DNA from: Armatimonadota bacterium
Lineage (GTDB): Bacteria; Armatimonadota; Fimbriimonadia; Fimbriimonadales; GBS-DC
Direction of reading: 5' to 3'
DNA length: 64,000 nucleotides
Assembly: GCA_037445735.1 (NCBI GenBank)
Contig: JBBIJY010000007.1
Location: 32,001-96,000 of the forward strand
Shown: positions 21,409-30,215 of the stretch, one piece after another
Numbering within the stretch: the first letter of the stretch is position 1
Layout: each line of letters opens with the position of its first letter
Notes under the pieces: model-generated
The model's database searches: none
What the model was told of the DNA's origin: nothing
What the model saw: only the letters and a program-made list of their open reading frames with translations
Program-made: the position numbers and the translations under genes

Positions 21409-22080
21409 ATGAAACTGTTCGTGGACACAGGGCAGGTCGAAGAGGTTCAGCAGGCTGCCGAATGGGGCATTATCGACGGGGTGACCACCAATCCCTCGCT
21501 GATTGCTAAAGCGGGGCGCGGATTCAAAGAGACGGTGGTCGAGATGTGTCGGCTTGTGCCCGACGGTGCCATCAGCGCGGAGGTGGTCGGCACCACGGTG
21601 GATCAGATGCTGCGCGAGGCACGTGAGATTGCCTCCTGGGCGCCCAACATCGTGGTCAAAATCCCGATGACACCTGCCGGCATTCAGGCAACCCGAATCC
21701 TCTCGCGCGAAGGCATCCGCATCAACATGACGCTTGTCTTTTCGCCGGCGCAGGCACTGCTGGCGGCGAAGGCGGGCGCCACTTTCATCAGCGTGTTCGT
21801 CGGGCGCGTGGACGATGTTGCCAGCGAGGGCATGCGCACAATCGAAGATGTGGTGCAGATGGTCGAAAACTATGGCTTTCCCAGCGAGGTGCTGGTCGCC
21901 AGCATCCGCCATCCGATGCATGTGGTGGAGGCGATGCGGCTGGGCGCGCACATCGCCACGATGCCCTTCAAAGTGCTGGAACAGCTGTTCCACCATCCGC
22001 TGACCGATATCGGACTCCAGCGGTTTCTGGACGACTGGCACCGCGCGGGTCTGCAGATATTTGAGCCGGTGCGTGCCTGA
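21409..22080 (+). CDS. fsa: Fructose-6-phosphate aldolase / small transaldolase
   Basis: GVTTNPSL, VVKIP, NMTLVFS, VLVASIRHP. Confidence 0.92.
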   Translation: MKLFVDTGQVEEVQQAAEWGIIDGVTTNPSLIAKAGRGFKETVVEMCRLVPDGAISAEVVGTTVDQMLREAREIASWAPNIVVKIPMTPAGIQATRILSREGIRINMTLVFSPAQALLAAKAGATFISVFVGRVDDVASEGMRTIEDVVQMVENYGFPSEVLVASIRHPMHVVEAMRLGAHIATMPFKVLEQLFHHPLTDIGLQRFLDDWHRAGLQIFEPVRA

Positions 22081-22103
22081 GGCGCTGGGGTACAATCCCG
22101 CGC

Positions 22104-22679
22104 GTGCGAGCGATTATCGGGCTGGGCAATCCGGGCGAGCAATACGCGGGCACGCGCCACAATGTGGGCTTCTGGGTCATCAGCCTGCTGGCTCGCCGAC
22201 ACAATATCCCGCTCAATCGCCACCGCTATCATGCCCGCTACGGTCAGGGCGAGATCGGCGGCGTGCCCGTGCTGCTGGTGCAGCCGATGACCTTTATGAA
22301 CCGCAGCGGTGAGGCGGTTCGCTCCCTGCTGAAAGCCTGTCAGTTAACCCCCCAGCAGATGCTGGTGGTGTACGACGATATCGCGCTGCCGATTGGCACT
22401 TTGCGCCTGCGTCCGCGCGGCTCATCGGGCGGGCACAACGGGATGCGCTCCATTATTGAGGCGATTGGCACGGAGGAGTTCCCGCGCCTGCGCGTGGGCA
22501 TCGGCGCACCGCCTGAAGGCGTCGATCCCGCCGACTATGTGCTGTCGCCCTTTGACGAGTCGGAGAAACCCCTCATGCGCCAGATGCTGGAGATTGCAGC
22601 GGATGCCTGCGAGTGCTGGCTCACCGACCCCATCGAGCGCGTGATGAGCCGTTTTAATCGGCAACACCTCTCGGAATAA
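22104..22679 (+). CDS. pth: Peptidyl-tRNA hydrolase
   Basis: GLGNPG..Y..TRHNVGF, TFMN.SG, GGHNG. Confidence 0.97.
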   Translation: MRAIIGLGNPGEQYAGTRHNVGFWVISLLARRHNIPLNRHRYHARYGQGEIGGVPVLLVQPMTFMNRSGEAVRSLLKACQLTPQQMLVVYDDIALPIGTLRLRPRGSSGGHNGMRSIIEAIGTEEFPRLRVGIGAPPEGVDPADYVLSPFDESEKPLMRQMLEIAADACECWLTDPIERVMSRFNRQHLSE

Positions 22680-22688
22680 CTCTCCAGC

Positions 22689-23852
22689 TTACAGCGGCTC
22701 TGTGCCCTCGCTGAGAATGTTCAGATAGTGGTCATAGGCGAAGATTCGGTTGCGTCTGCGCCCAGTAATCTCGCGCGCGATGCCCAGCTCCGCCAGCACC
22801 TGCATGCCTCTGGCAACCGCTGGAAAGCTGAGTCCCGTCCGCTGGTGTGCCTGGCTCAGCGTCAGCAAAGGATGCTCACACAGAGCATGAAACACACGCA
22901 GTGCCGTGCTGGCTGCCCGCCCCACATCCTGAATCCGATTTTGATCCCGCTCGAACAGCGTCACCAGTCGCCGCGCGGTCTCGACCGCGCTTTGAGCCGT
23001 CGACACGACCCCCTCCAGAAAGAACTCGATCCACGCCTCCCAGTCACCCTCCAGACGCACGAGGTCGAGCAGGCGGTAGTATTCACTACGATAGCGCTTG
23101 AAATAGAGGCTCAGGTACAGGAGCGGTTCCTGCAGCACACCTTCATGGTGCAGAATGAACGCAATGAGCAGGCGTCCGATGCGCCCGTTGCCGTCCAGAA
23201 AAGGATGAATGGTCTCAAATTGCACATTGGCGAGTGCAGCCTTGATGAGCGCTGGATAGGGATTGCGCTCATCGTGCAGGAAGCGTTCGAGGTCTGCCAT
23301 ACACTCTGGCACCCGATCGGGTGGTGGCGGCACGAAGTGAGCGTTGCCAGGGCGTGTGCCGCCAATCCAGTTCTGCGAGCGACGGAACTCGCCTGGCGAT
23401 TTGGTGCTTCCCCGCCCGCGCGATAGCAGAATCGCGTGCATCTCCCGTATGAGGCGATTGGAGAGCGGAAAATCCTCTTTCAGACGCTGAAGCCCATGTT
23501 CCAGCGCTGCCACATAGTTGGACACCTCCACCACATCCTCAATCGGCACGCCAGGCGCCTCCTCCAGCTCGAACAGCAGCAGGTCGGAGAGCGACGATTG
23601 CGTGCCTTCAATCTGGGACGAGAGCAGCGCCTCACGACGCACATAGGCATAGAGAAAGATTTCGGGATTCGGCAGCAACAGCGTGATGCTGTCCAGCCGT
23701 CCCAGAGCAAGCAGGGCGTTCTCAAGCAGGCGTTGCCGATGCCCTGACAGGTCTAACGGCGGATCAGGAGGGAGGGGGCGTGGAATAAACGCCCGTACCG
23801 CCTCTCCGCCTACAATCGTCACCTCATATTCGCCCGTGTTTCCGCGCTTCAT
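22689..23852 (-). CDS. Fic family protein with C-terminal HTH
   Basis: HPFLDGNGRIGR catalytic motif; internal SSQIEG inhibitory motif. Confidence 0.93.
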   Translation of the reverse strand: MKRGNTGEYEVTIVGGEAVRAFIPRPLPPDPPLDLSGHRQRLLENALLALGRLDSITLLLPNPEIFLYAYVRREALLSSQIEGTQSSLSDLLLFELEEAPGVPIEDVVEVSNYVAALEHGLQRLKEDFPLSNRLIREMHAILLSRGRGSTKSPGEFRRSQNWIGGTRPGNAHFVPPPPDRVPECMADLERFLHDERNPYPALIKAALANVQFETIHPFLDGNGRIGRLLIAFILHHEGVLQEPLLYLSLYFKRYRSEYYRLLDLVRLEGDWEAWIEFFLEGVVSTAQSAVETARRLVTLFERDQNRIQDVGRAASTALRVFHALCEHPLLTLSQAHQRTGLSFPAVARGMQVLAELGIAREITGRRRNRIFAYDHYLNILSEGTEPL

Positions 23853-23895
23853 CGCCACCACCCGAATGTAACGAATGTTAAATAAGGGGTCGGGC

Positions 23896-23925
23896 TATTA
23901 AACGATACCGCCAGATCGTTTAATA
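23896..23925. promoter_or_regulatory. Perfect 11-bp inverted repeat upstream of fic
   Basis: TATTAAACGAT-N8-ATCGTTTAATA. Confidence 0.6.
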
Positions 23926-24004
23926 ACCGCCGACGCTCTGTAGTATACTCGACGATGTACCTGTGGGGTACAATAACCCATTGGTTCAACAGGAGGAGAC
24001 ATCG

Positions 24005-24226
24005 ATGGCACGAGTGTGTGAGATTTGTGGCAAGGGACCGCAGTTTGGGCAGAACATTCGGCATCGCCATTCGGGGCTGTGGCGGTATCGTGCGCCGCGC
24101 ACGAAGCGCCAGTGGTCGCCGAATCTGCAGACGGTGCGGGCGTATGTGAACGGCGGCAAGACCGTGCGGCGCATTCGCGTCTGCACGCGCTGTCTGAAGG
24201 CGGGCAAGGTGGTGCGTGCTGTTTGA
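24005..24226 (+). CDS. rpmB: 50S ribosomal protein L28
   Basis: MARVCEICGK..PNLQ..VCTRCLKAGK; AGGAGG RBS. Confidence 0.97.
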   Translation: MARVCEICGKGPQFGQNIRHRHSGLWRYRAPRTKRQWSPNLQTVRAYVNGGKTVRRIRVCTRCLKAGKVVRAV

Positions 24227-25206
24227 TCGAGTGGGACGCGCTGGCACGCCAGCTGGCGCCGCTCTGCTCCCGCCCGCTCCAGCGCAACGAGCCGATGCGA
24301 CGGCACACCACCCTGCGCGTGGGCGGACCCGCCGCGCTCTTTTACAGGGTGAGCAATCTGGAAGAGTTCGCGCGAATCAGCGAGTGGGCACAAACCCATC
24401 GTGTGCCCACTTTTATTATGGGGCACGGCAGTAATATTCTGGTCAGCGACGCGGGCATCCCCGCGCTGGTCCTTTATAACGCCTGTGAGCGGGCGATCAT
24501 TGGCGAGGAGACCTACGCCGAGACCGGCATCCCTATTCGCGAGCTGTTTCTGAAGGCGGCACAGCGGGGCTTGAGCGGGCTGGAGTTCGCCGTCGGCATC
24601 CCGGGCACGCTGGGCGGCGCACTGGTGTCCAACGCGGGCGCCTATCGCCAGAATATCGCCGACCTGCTGATCGACATCGATCTGGTGGTGGACGGTCGGC
24701 GACAGCGCGTCTCGCCCGACTGGATGCAGTTCTCCTATCGGGACAGCCGCCTGCGCCGACCGAACGCACCGCCAACCGCCTTATTAGCGGTGCGAATGCG
24801 CCTGACACCCGATTCGAAACGCGCCATCTTTGACCGCGCCCGCCACCTGCAACGCCAGCGCATCGAAAAGCAGCCCCCTGAATCGTCCGCTGGCAGCTTT
24901 TTCAAGAATGTGTATCATCGCGAGCTGGCGGAGCGGTTGCCAAACCTACCTGCACCGCTCAAAGAGGCGGGCGTCGTGCCTGCGGGCTTCCTCATCGAAG
25001 CGTGCGGGCTGAAAGGCTATCAGATCGGCGGCGCGTGCGTCTCCCGCAAACACGCGAACTTCCTCATTAACCGCGGCGATGCCACCGCCAGCGACTTCTA
25101 CCAGCTGGCGCACAAAGTGAAGCAGGCGGTCCATGAGCGGTTTGGTGTCTGGCTGGAAGAGGAGGTTCTCTATGTGGGATGGGACGCGAATGTGCCACAA
25201 TATTAG
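24223..25206 (+). CDS. murB: UDP-N-acetylenolpyruvoylglucosamine reductase
   Basis: HTTLRVGGPA, GSNILV, GIPGTLGG..NAGA, SAGSFFKN, HANF; TTG start overlapping the rpmB stop. Confidence 0.93.
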   Translation: MIEWDALARQLAPLCSRPLQRNEPMRRHTTLRVGGPAALFYRVSNLEEFARISEWAQTHRVPTFIMGHGSNILVSDAGIPALVLYNACERAIIGEETYAETGIPIRELFLKAAQRGLSGLEFAVGIPGTLGGALVSNAGAYRQNIADLLIDIDLVVDGRRQRVSPDWMQFSYRDSRLRRPNAPPTALLAVRMRLTPDSKRAIFDRARHLQRQRIEKQPPESSAGSFFKNVYHRELAERLPNLPAPLKEAGVVPAGFLIEACGLKGYQIGGACVSRKHANFLINRGDATASDFYQLAHKVKQAVHERFGVWLEEEVLYVGWDANVPQY

Positions 25207-25219
25207 CAGGGGTCAAACG

Positions 25220-25663
25220 ATGCAAGCCATTCGATGGGGTTTGATAGGGCTGGCGATGGTGCTGATCCTGGGCGGGTGTCGCCGCCAGCCGCTGAATGAG
25301 ACCGCCGTGCATGAGGCGCTGGGTGAGAAGCGCGAGCAGTATAAAACCGAGATTGAGCGTGGGGTTCAAACCGCACCGCCACCCATCGAGGTGCCCAACG
25401 CCGAGCAGCCCTCGACATCCGCGTCGCCGAATCGGAACCCGTCGCAACCGGGCGTGCCGCCCTATCAGGCGCCGCCACCGACCGTGGGCAACGAACCGCG
25501 CCCGCCGCAGAATCCCTCGCCACCCCCTGACACGCGCGTGGGCGATGTGCAGTTCGACCCGCGCACGGGGCAATATGGCATCGCCCCACCTGGTGCACCC
25601 GATGGCTACACCATCCCACTCAACAACCCGCCCGCCAACCCATCCGCTGGCGAATCGAAGTAA
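25220..25663 (+). CDS. Pro-rich lipoprotein
   Basis: Signal peptide ending in the lipobox LGGC. Confidence 0.7.
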   Translation: MQAIRWGLIGLAMVLILGGCRRQPLNETAVHEALGEKREQYKTEIERGVQTAPPPIEVPNAEQPSTSASPNRNPSQPGVPPYQAPPPTVGNEPRPPQNPSPPPDTRVGDVQFDPRTGQYGIAPPGAPDGYTIPLNNPPANPSAGESK

Positions 25664-25708
25664 GCTCTAAAATATCTTTGCCGGGTTTCTGAGTTTGTCT
25701 GGAGAGCG

Positions 25709-26248
25709 ATGATGTACGATCGGGTGCGTCCATCATGGATGGCACGACTGGCGCTCTGGCGAGGTTGGGGAGCGACGCTGCGGGTGGCGCTGCTGCTGTG
25801 GGGGGCGAGCGTGTTGCAGGGCGTGCTGGCGCCTGTCATCCGCATCGGGGATATTTCCCCTGACCTGCCCCTGCTGATACTGGGCTGTCTGGCGCTGCGA
25901 CTGAATCCCTCCGCTGCTGCCACCGCTGGCTTCTTCGCAGGGCTGCTGCACGCCAGTCAGACCGATCAAACCGTCGGCAGCTGGGTTATCAGTCGCACGG
26001 TGGCGGCGTTCACCATCGCGTGGCTGCCTGCGATAGTGGATCGGCGTCGGCTGTTGAGTGTCTGCCTCGCCTGTGCGCTCATTGTGCCGATAGCGAACGG
26101 GCTGATCTATCTCTCGGCGCCCAGCATTGTCGGCTGGGAGTGGTGGCGCGCCACGCTCGGCATCATGGGGTATAATACAATACTGGCGGCGCCCACCGCC
26201 TTCGCGCTTAAACGGGTGCTGCCACCGTATCAGGAGGAGATGGAATGA
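25709..26248 (+). CDS. mreD: Rod shape-determining protein MreD-like
   Basis: ISPDLPLLI, GFFAGLL, YNTIL; polytopic membrane protein. Confidence 0.7.
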   Translation: MMYDRVRPSWMARLALWRGWGATLRVALLLWGASVLQGVLAPVIRIGDISPDLPLLILGCLALRLNPSAAATAGFFAGLLHASQTDQTVGSWVISRTVAAFTIAWLPAIVDRRRLLSVCLACALIVPIANGLIYLSAPSIVGWEWWRATLGIMGYNTILAAPTAFALKRVLPPYQEEME

Positions 26249-26302
26249 GAACACGGGCAAAGAACGGTCAAACCAAACCGGCACAGAGGAGGAGCGACTG
26301 CG

Positions 26303-27583
26303 ATGGTGCAGACCATGCTCGCAGAAGAGCGTAAAACCGAAGAGCGTAGCGCGTATGCTATCGCCATACGCCAGTTAGAGGCAGCGGCGTATTACCTCAA
26401 CCTGGACCGCAGCCTGTTAGAAGTGTTGAAGCACCCTCGCCGCGAACTGATCGTACATTTCCCGGTCAAGATGGACGACGGCTCCATTCGCGTCTTCACA
26501 GGCTATCGCGTGCATCACAATCCCGCGCGCGGTCCCGCCAAGGGCGGCATTCGCTATCATCCCGATGTCACGCTGGACGAGACGCGCGCGCTGGCGATGT
26601 GGATGACCTGGAAGTGCGCGGTGGTCAATATTCCCTACAGCGGCGCCAAAGGCGGCGTGGTGTGCGATCCGAAACGGCTCTCCATCCACGAGCTGGAGAA
26701 CCTCACCCGCCGCTACATCACCGAAATCTCCATCATGGTCGGTCCCGAATCGGACATCCCGGCGCCCGATATTGGCACCAACCCGCAGGTGATGGCGTGG
26801 ATTATGGACACCTACTCCATGCACAAGGGCTACACCGTGCCCGCGGTGGTGACGGGCAAGCCGGTGGCGATTGGTGGCTCCGAAGGGCGGCTGGAGGCGA
26901 CGGGTCGCGGCGTCACGGTGGTCGCCCACGAGGCGGCTAAACTGCGCGGATTCGACCTGGCGGGCGCCAGCGTGGTGATTCAGGGCTTCGGCAATGTCGG
27001 TTCGGCGACGGCGAAGCTGATGCATCAGGCGGGCGCGAAGGTGGTGGCTATCTCCGACGCGCGCGGCGGCATCTACAACCCGAACGGGCTGGACATCCCC
27101 AGCCTGCTGCACTGCGCCGGGCGCGACGGCTGCATCCAGGCATATCGCGACGCGGACCACATCACCAACAGGGAGCTGCTGGAGCTGCCGTGTGATATTC
27201 TGGTGCCTGCCGCCATTCACGGCGTCATCACCTCCGAGAACGCGCCGAATATCAAGGCGAAGATTATCGTGGAGGCTGCCAACGGTCCCGTCACACCCGA
27301 TGCCGACCGCATCCTGCAGGAGAATGGCATCCTGGTCGTGCCCGACATTCTGGCGAACGCGGGCGGCGTGGTCGTCTCCTACTTCGAATGGGTGCAGGAC
27401 CTGCAGGCGTTCTTCTGGGAGGAAGAAGAGGTCAATGTGCGGCTGGAGAAGGTGATGCGCCGCAGTTTCCAGCATGTGCTGCAGGTCGCGGAGCAGAACA
27501 AAGTTGACCTGCGCATGGGGGCGTACATCATCGGCGTGCAACGCGTGGCGGAAGCCACCACCATCCGCGGCATCTATCCATAA
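26303..27583 (+). CDS. gdhA: Glu/Leu/Phe/Val (glutamate) dehydrogenase
   Basis: [41 protein letters not shown]. Confidence 0.93.
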   Translation: MVQTMLAEERKTEERSAYAIAIRQLEAAAYYLNLDRSLLEVLKHPRRELIVHFPVKMDDGSIRVFTGYRVHHNPARGPAKGGIRYHPDVTLDETRALAMWMTWKCAVVNIPYSGAKGGVVCDPKRLSIHELENLTRRYITEISIMVGPESDIPAPDIGTNPQVMAWIMDTYSMHKGYTVPAVVTGKPVAIGGSEGRLEATGRGVTVVAHEAAKLRGFDLAGASVVIQGFGNVGSATAKLMHQAGAKVVAISDARGGIYNPNGLDIPSLLHCAGRDGCIQAYRDADHITNRELLELPCDILVPAAIHGVITSENAPNIKAKIIVEAANGPVTPDADRILQENGILVVPDILANAGGVVVSYFEWVQDLQAFFWEEEEVNVRLEKVMRRSFQHVLQVAEQNKVDLRMGAYIIGVQRVAEATTIRGIYP

Positions 27584-27595
27584 ACCCACAAAAAG

Positions 27596-27638
27596 TCCCC
27601 TCCCCCTTTCAGGGGAGGGGATTTGCGTGAGAGGGGGG
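27596..27638. repeat. REP-like C/G palindromic element (possibly also a terminator)
   Basis: TCCCCTCCCC-CTTTCA-GGGGAGGGGA..GTGAGAGGGG. Confidence 0.55.
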
Positions 27639-27650
27639 ACACAAGCAAGC

Positions 27651-28448
27651 TTAGCCGTCGATACCGCCACGCGGGTTCGGTAGCCTGGGCGTGAACGGCT
27701 CGAAGCGATAGGGGCGACTCACATCGAAGCCTGCCTGCTGCGCCGCATCGCGGTCGATAAACGGGCGCAACGCGCGTACCGCATCCTGAATCGAGGCGAA
27801 CCGATAGGTGCGCGCAAACGCATTATCGTTGGGTGGGCTTACCGGTTCCTCGACACCCGAAAAGCCTTTCAGGGTCGTGAACGGTCCACCATCCGCCGGG
27901 TCAATCTCGGTCGCCACCACTCGTGCCACCGTACGGTGATCGCTCTCCACCGCCAGGATTCGCGCCGCCACAACCTTCAGGGCAGGAGTGGATAGATCCC
28001 GCACACCGACCAGATACGCTGCAATAAACGCCTCTTCGAGAGTTACCAGCGTATCCAGGGTGACTTTGGCGTTGCTAAACATATTGGGTGGAAAGTAGAA
28101 GGTGGTGATCGGTGTGGGGCGATTGAGCGCGGACTTGAGCAGTTCATAGTGCGCCATCTCCACTTCGCGAGCCGCTCGAAAATATGCCTGGTCATCGCTG
28201 CTCAATCGCTGGAAGAAGGGCGCCGATTTGACAATCACGGTGTAGGTGGTCGTCGCCAGCGCTTCGGCGATCTGGGCGGCGCCCAGAATCTCGCTGTCGC
28301 TGCTGGAGCCGCCCATCGTGCCCTGACGGGTCGCGTCGCCGCCACACGCGCTCAACAGTGAGCCACCCAGCAGCGCCACCCCGGTTAGCCCTGTCCACTT
28401 CAGGAACTCGCGCCGATTCAACTGCTGCTTCTCATCGCTCATCACCAT
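27651..28448 (-). CDS. Tat-exported ferritin-like lipoprotein
   Basis: NRREFLK twin-arginine motif, LSAC lipobox; E..H di-iron motifs (EMAH, ESDH). Confidence 0.8.
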   Translation of the reverse strand: MVMSDEKQQLNRREFLKWTGLTGVALLGGSLLSACGGDATRQGTMGGSSSDSEILGAAQIAEALATTTYTVIVKSAPFFQRLSSDDQAYFRAAREVEMAHYELLKSALNRPTPITTFYFPPNMFSNAKVTLDTLVTLEEAFIAAYLVGVRDLSTPALKVVAARILAVESDHRTVARVVATEIDPADGGPFTTLKGFSGVEEPVSPPNDNAFARTYRFASIQDAVRALRPFIDRDAAQQAGFDVSRPYRFEPFTPRLPNPRGGIDG

Positions 28449-28509
28449 CGTACCTCCTCGCATTTTTTGAGTTTTGCCAGGTAGCAGGGTGCTACCTGGC
28501 AAAATTGAT

Positions 28510-29412
28510 TTAAAGGCGTCGGCGTCGAACAGCGAGCCAGCCCAGCACGCCTGCCGAGAGAGCCAGCATCGATGCCGGCTCAGGCACAACTGCCAGCCCG
28601 CGCACGCGCAGCGCCACGCCACCAATCGGGGCAATCGGGCTGATCATGCCCGTATTGAGATCGATGGTGCCAAACCATGAGCGAAAATCGCCCCGATTGA
28701 GGTCAATCATGGACACATAACCCACATTGCGCGTGCCAAAGGTCGCGATGTCGAAACCCAGCACGGTGCTGACATTCATGCCCAGTGGACCGACCGTGAT
28801 CAGACCGCCCGCATTGGGTGGGTTCTGAATCACGAGCACATCGAGACCCGCGTCGATGTTGTAGAGCAGGGTCGAGGTCGCGCCCGCGAAGTTGTTGGTG
28901 TAAGCGGAGCCAACGATGGTCGGACGCCGCCCAAAGTTCGGGTCACCACTGTTATACTGCAGGGTGCCATCCACTGCCACCACTGCACCCGTGTTGGGGT
29001 TCAGACGCAGATTCTGCCCTGTATCGCTCGTCACACGGATTCGATCCACTACCGGGTTGAAGTCGAACCCGAACTCGACGCCGCTCAGTGCCGGGCTAAA
29101 GGGCGTGCTGCTGACCGCTGTTGCCACCCCTGTGGCAGGGTTGAGCTTGTAGAGGCGATTGGAGCTGCCCAGCGCATACAGCTCGCCCGTGGCTGGTCGG
29201 AAATCGATGCCCAGCACCAGCTCCGATGGCTGCTGTAAGCCTGTAATCGGCACATTGCTCAACAGCGCCGTCGGGTTCGACGCATCAAAACTGATGAGAC
29301 GGTTATCCTCCGTCACACCGTAGACCATCTGCGCGCTGATTGGCATTCGCAGCGCCATCAGCATCAGCAGCACGAAGCTGCTTCCAAGAACCTTTCGCAG
29401 AGAACCCATCAT
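28510..29412 (-). CDS. DUF4394-like secreted protein with PEP-CTERM sorting signal
   Basis: GIDFRPATG, FDFNPVVDRIR, AYTN; VPEP-TM-RRRR C-terminus. Confidence 0.85.
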   Translation of the reverse strand: MMGSLRKVLGSSFVLLMLMALRMPISAQMVYGVTEDNRLISFDASNPTALLSNVPITGLQQPSELVLGIDFRPATGELYALGSSNRLYKLNPATGVATAVSSTPFSPALSGVEFGFDFNPVVDRIRVTSDTGQNLRLNPNTGAVVAVDGTLQYNSGDPNFGRRPTIVGSAYTNNFAGATSTLLYNIDAGLDVLVIQNPPNAGGLITVGPLGMNVSTVLGFDIATFGTRNVGYVSMIDLNRGDFRSWFGTIDLNTGMISPIAPIGGVALRVRGLAVVPEPASMLALSAGVLGWLAVRRRRL

Positions 29413-29479
29413 CTCATAACCTCCTGCTGTTAGGGATTGAGTGTACGCCTGGGGCGTACGGTGTGCATGAACGCACCGC

Positions 29480-29518
29480 ACCTGACCGTTAGATGAACAG
29501 CAGGTGAGATTTGGCTGA
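29480..29518 (-). promoter_or_regulatory. Four TCA-core direct repeats at 11-bp period (OmpR-family-like boxes)
   Basis: Minus strand TCAGCCAAATC-TCACCTGCTGT-TCATCTAACGG-TCAGGT. Confidence 0.45.
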
Positions 29519-29522
29519 AAAA

Positions 29523-30215
29523 TCAGGGTGTTCGGAACTCGTAGCCGTAGTTGCGGTGTGTGCGGATATACTGGGGGCGGCGGGGGTCTTTCTCTATCTT
29601 TTTACGCAGCCGATACATATAGACATCGAGCGTATTGGAGCTGAACTCGATGCTGTAGCCCCACACCTGTTCGAAGAGCCAGTTGCGGGGTACGACGCGG
29701 TTGGCATGGCGAGCTAAAAACGCCAGCAGGTCGAACTCGCGGCGGGTGAGCGTGACGGGCTGACCGTTCACGAACACCTGCCGCTGCCCGAAATCGATGA
29801 TCAGATCGCCATATTGCTGGACACCGGACGGCACGGGTTCCGCGTGCGGGTATTCATAGGCGCGGCGTAGCAGGGCGCGCACCCGTGCCAGCAGCTCCTT
29901 CGGCTCGAACGGCTTGGTCAGGTAGTCATCCGCGCCCACCTCCAGTCCAATCACCTTGTCCATCGATTCAGCCCGTGCCGTCAGCATCAGGAGGGGCACC
30001 AGCCACTTCTGGCGGATGCGCCGACACAGGTCGAAGCCATCCATGTCGGGCAGCCCCAGATCCAGAATGATGAGATGGAACTCCGTGCCCGCCAGCGCCT
30101 GCAGCGCTTCATAGCCCGTGCCGACACCCACAACCTCGTAGTTATACTGCTGCAGAAATCGCTTCAGGTTCTCACGGAGATAGGGGTCGTCATCGACGAT
30201 GAGCAGTCGCTGCAT
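29523..30215 (-). CDS. OmpR-family response regulator
   Basis: VDDD, LDLGLP, GADDYLTKPF, wHTH LT.REFDLL. Confidence 0.95.
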   Translation of the reverse strand: MQRLLIVDDDPYLRENLKRFLQQYNYEVVGVGTGYEALQALAGTEFHLIILDLGLPDMDGFDLCRRIRQKWLVPLLMLTARAESMDKVIGLEVGADDYLTKPFEPKELLARVRALLRRAYEYPHAEPVPSGVQQYGDLIIDFGQRQVFVNGQPVTLTRREFDLLAFLARHANRVVPRNWLFEQVWGYSIEFSSNTLDVYMYRLRKKIEKDPRRPQYIRTHRNYGYEFRTP

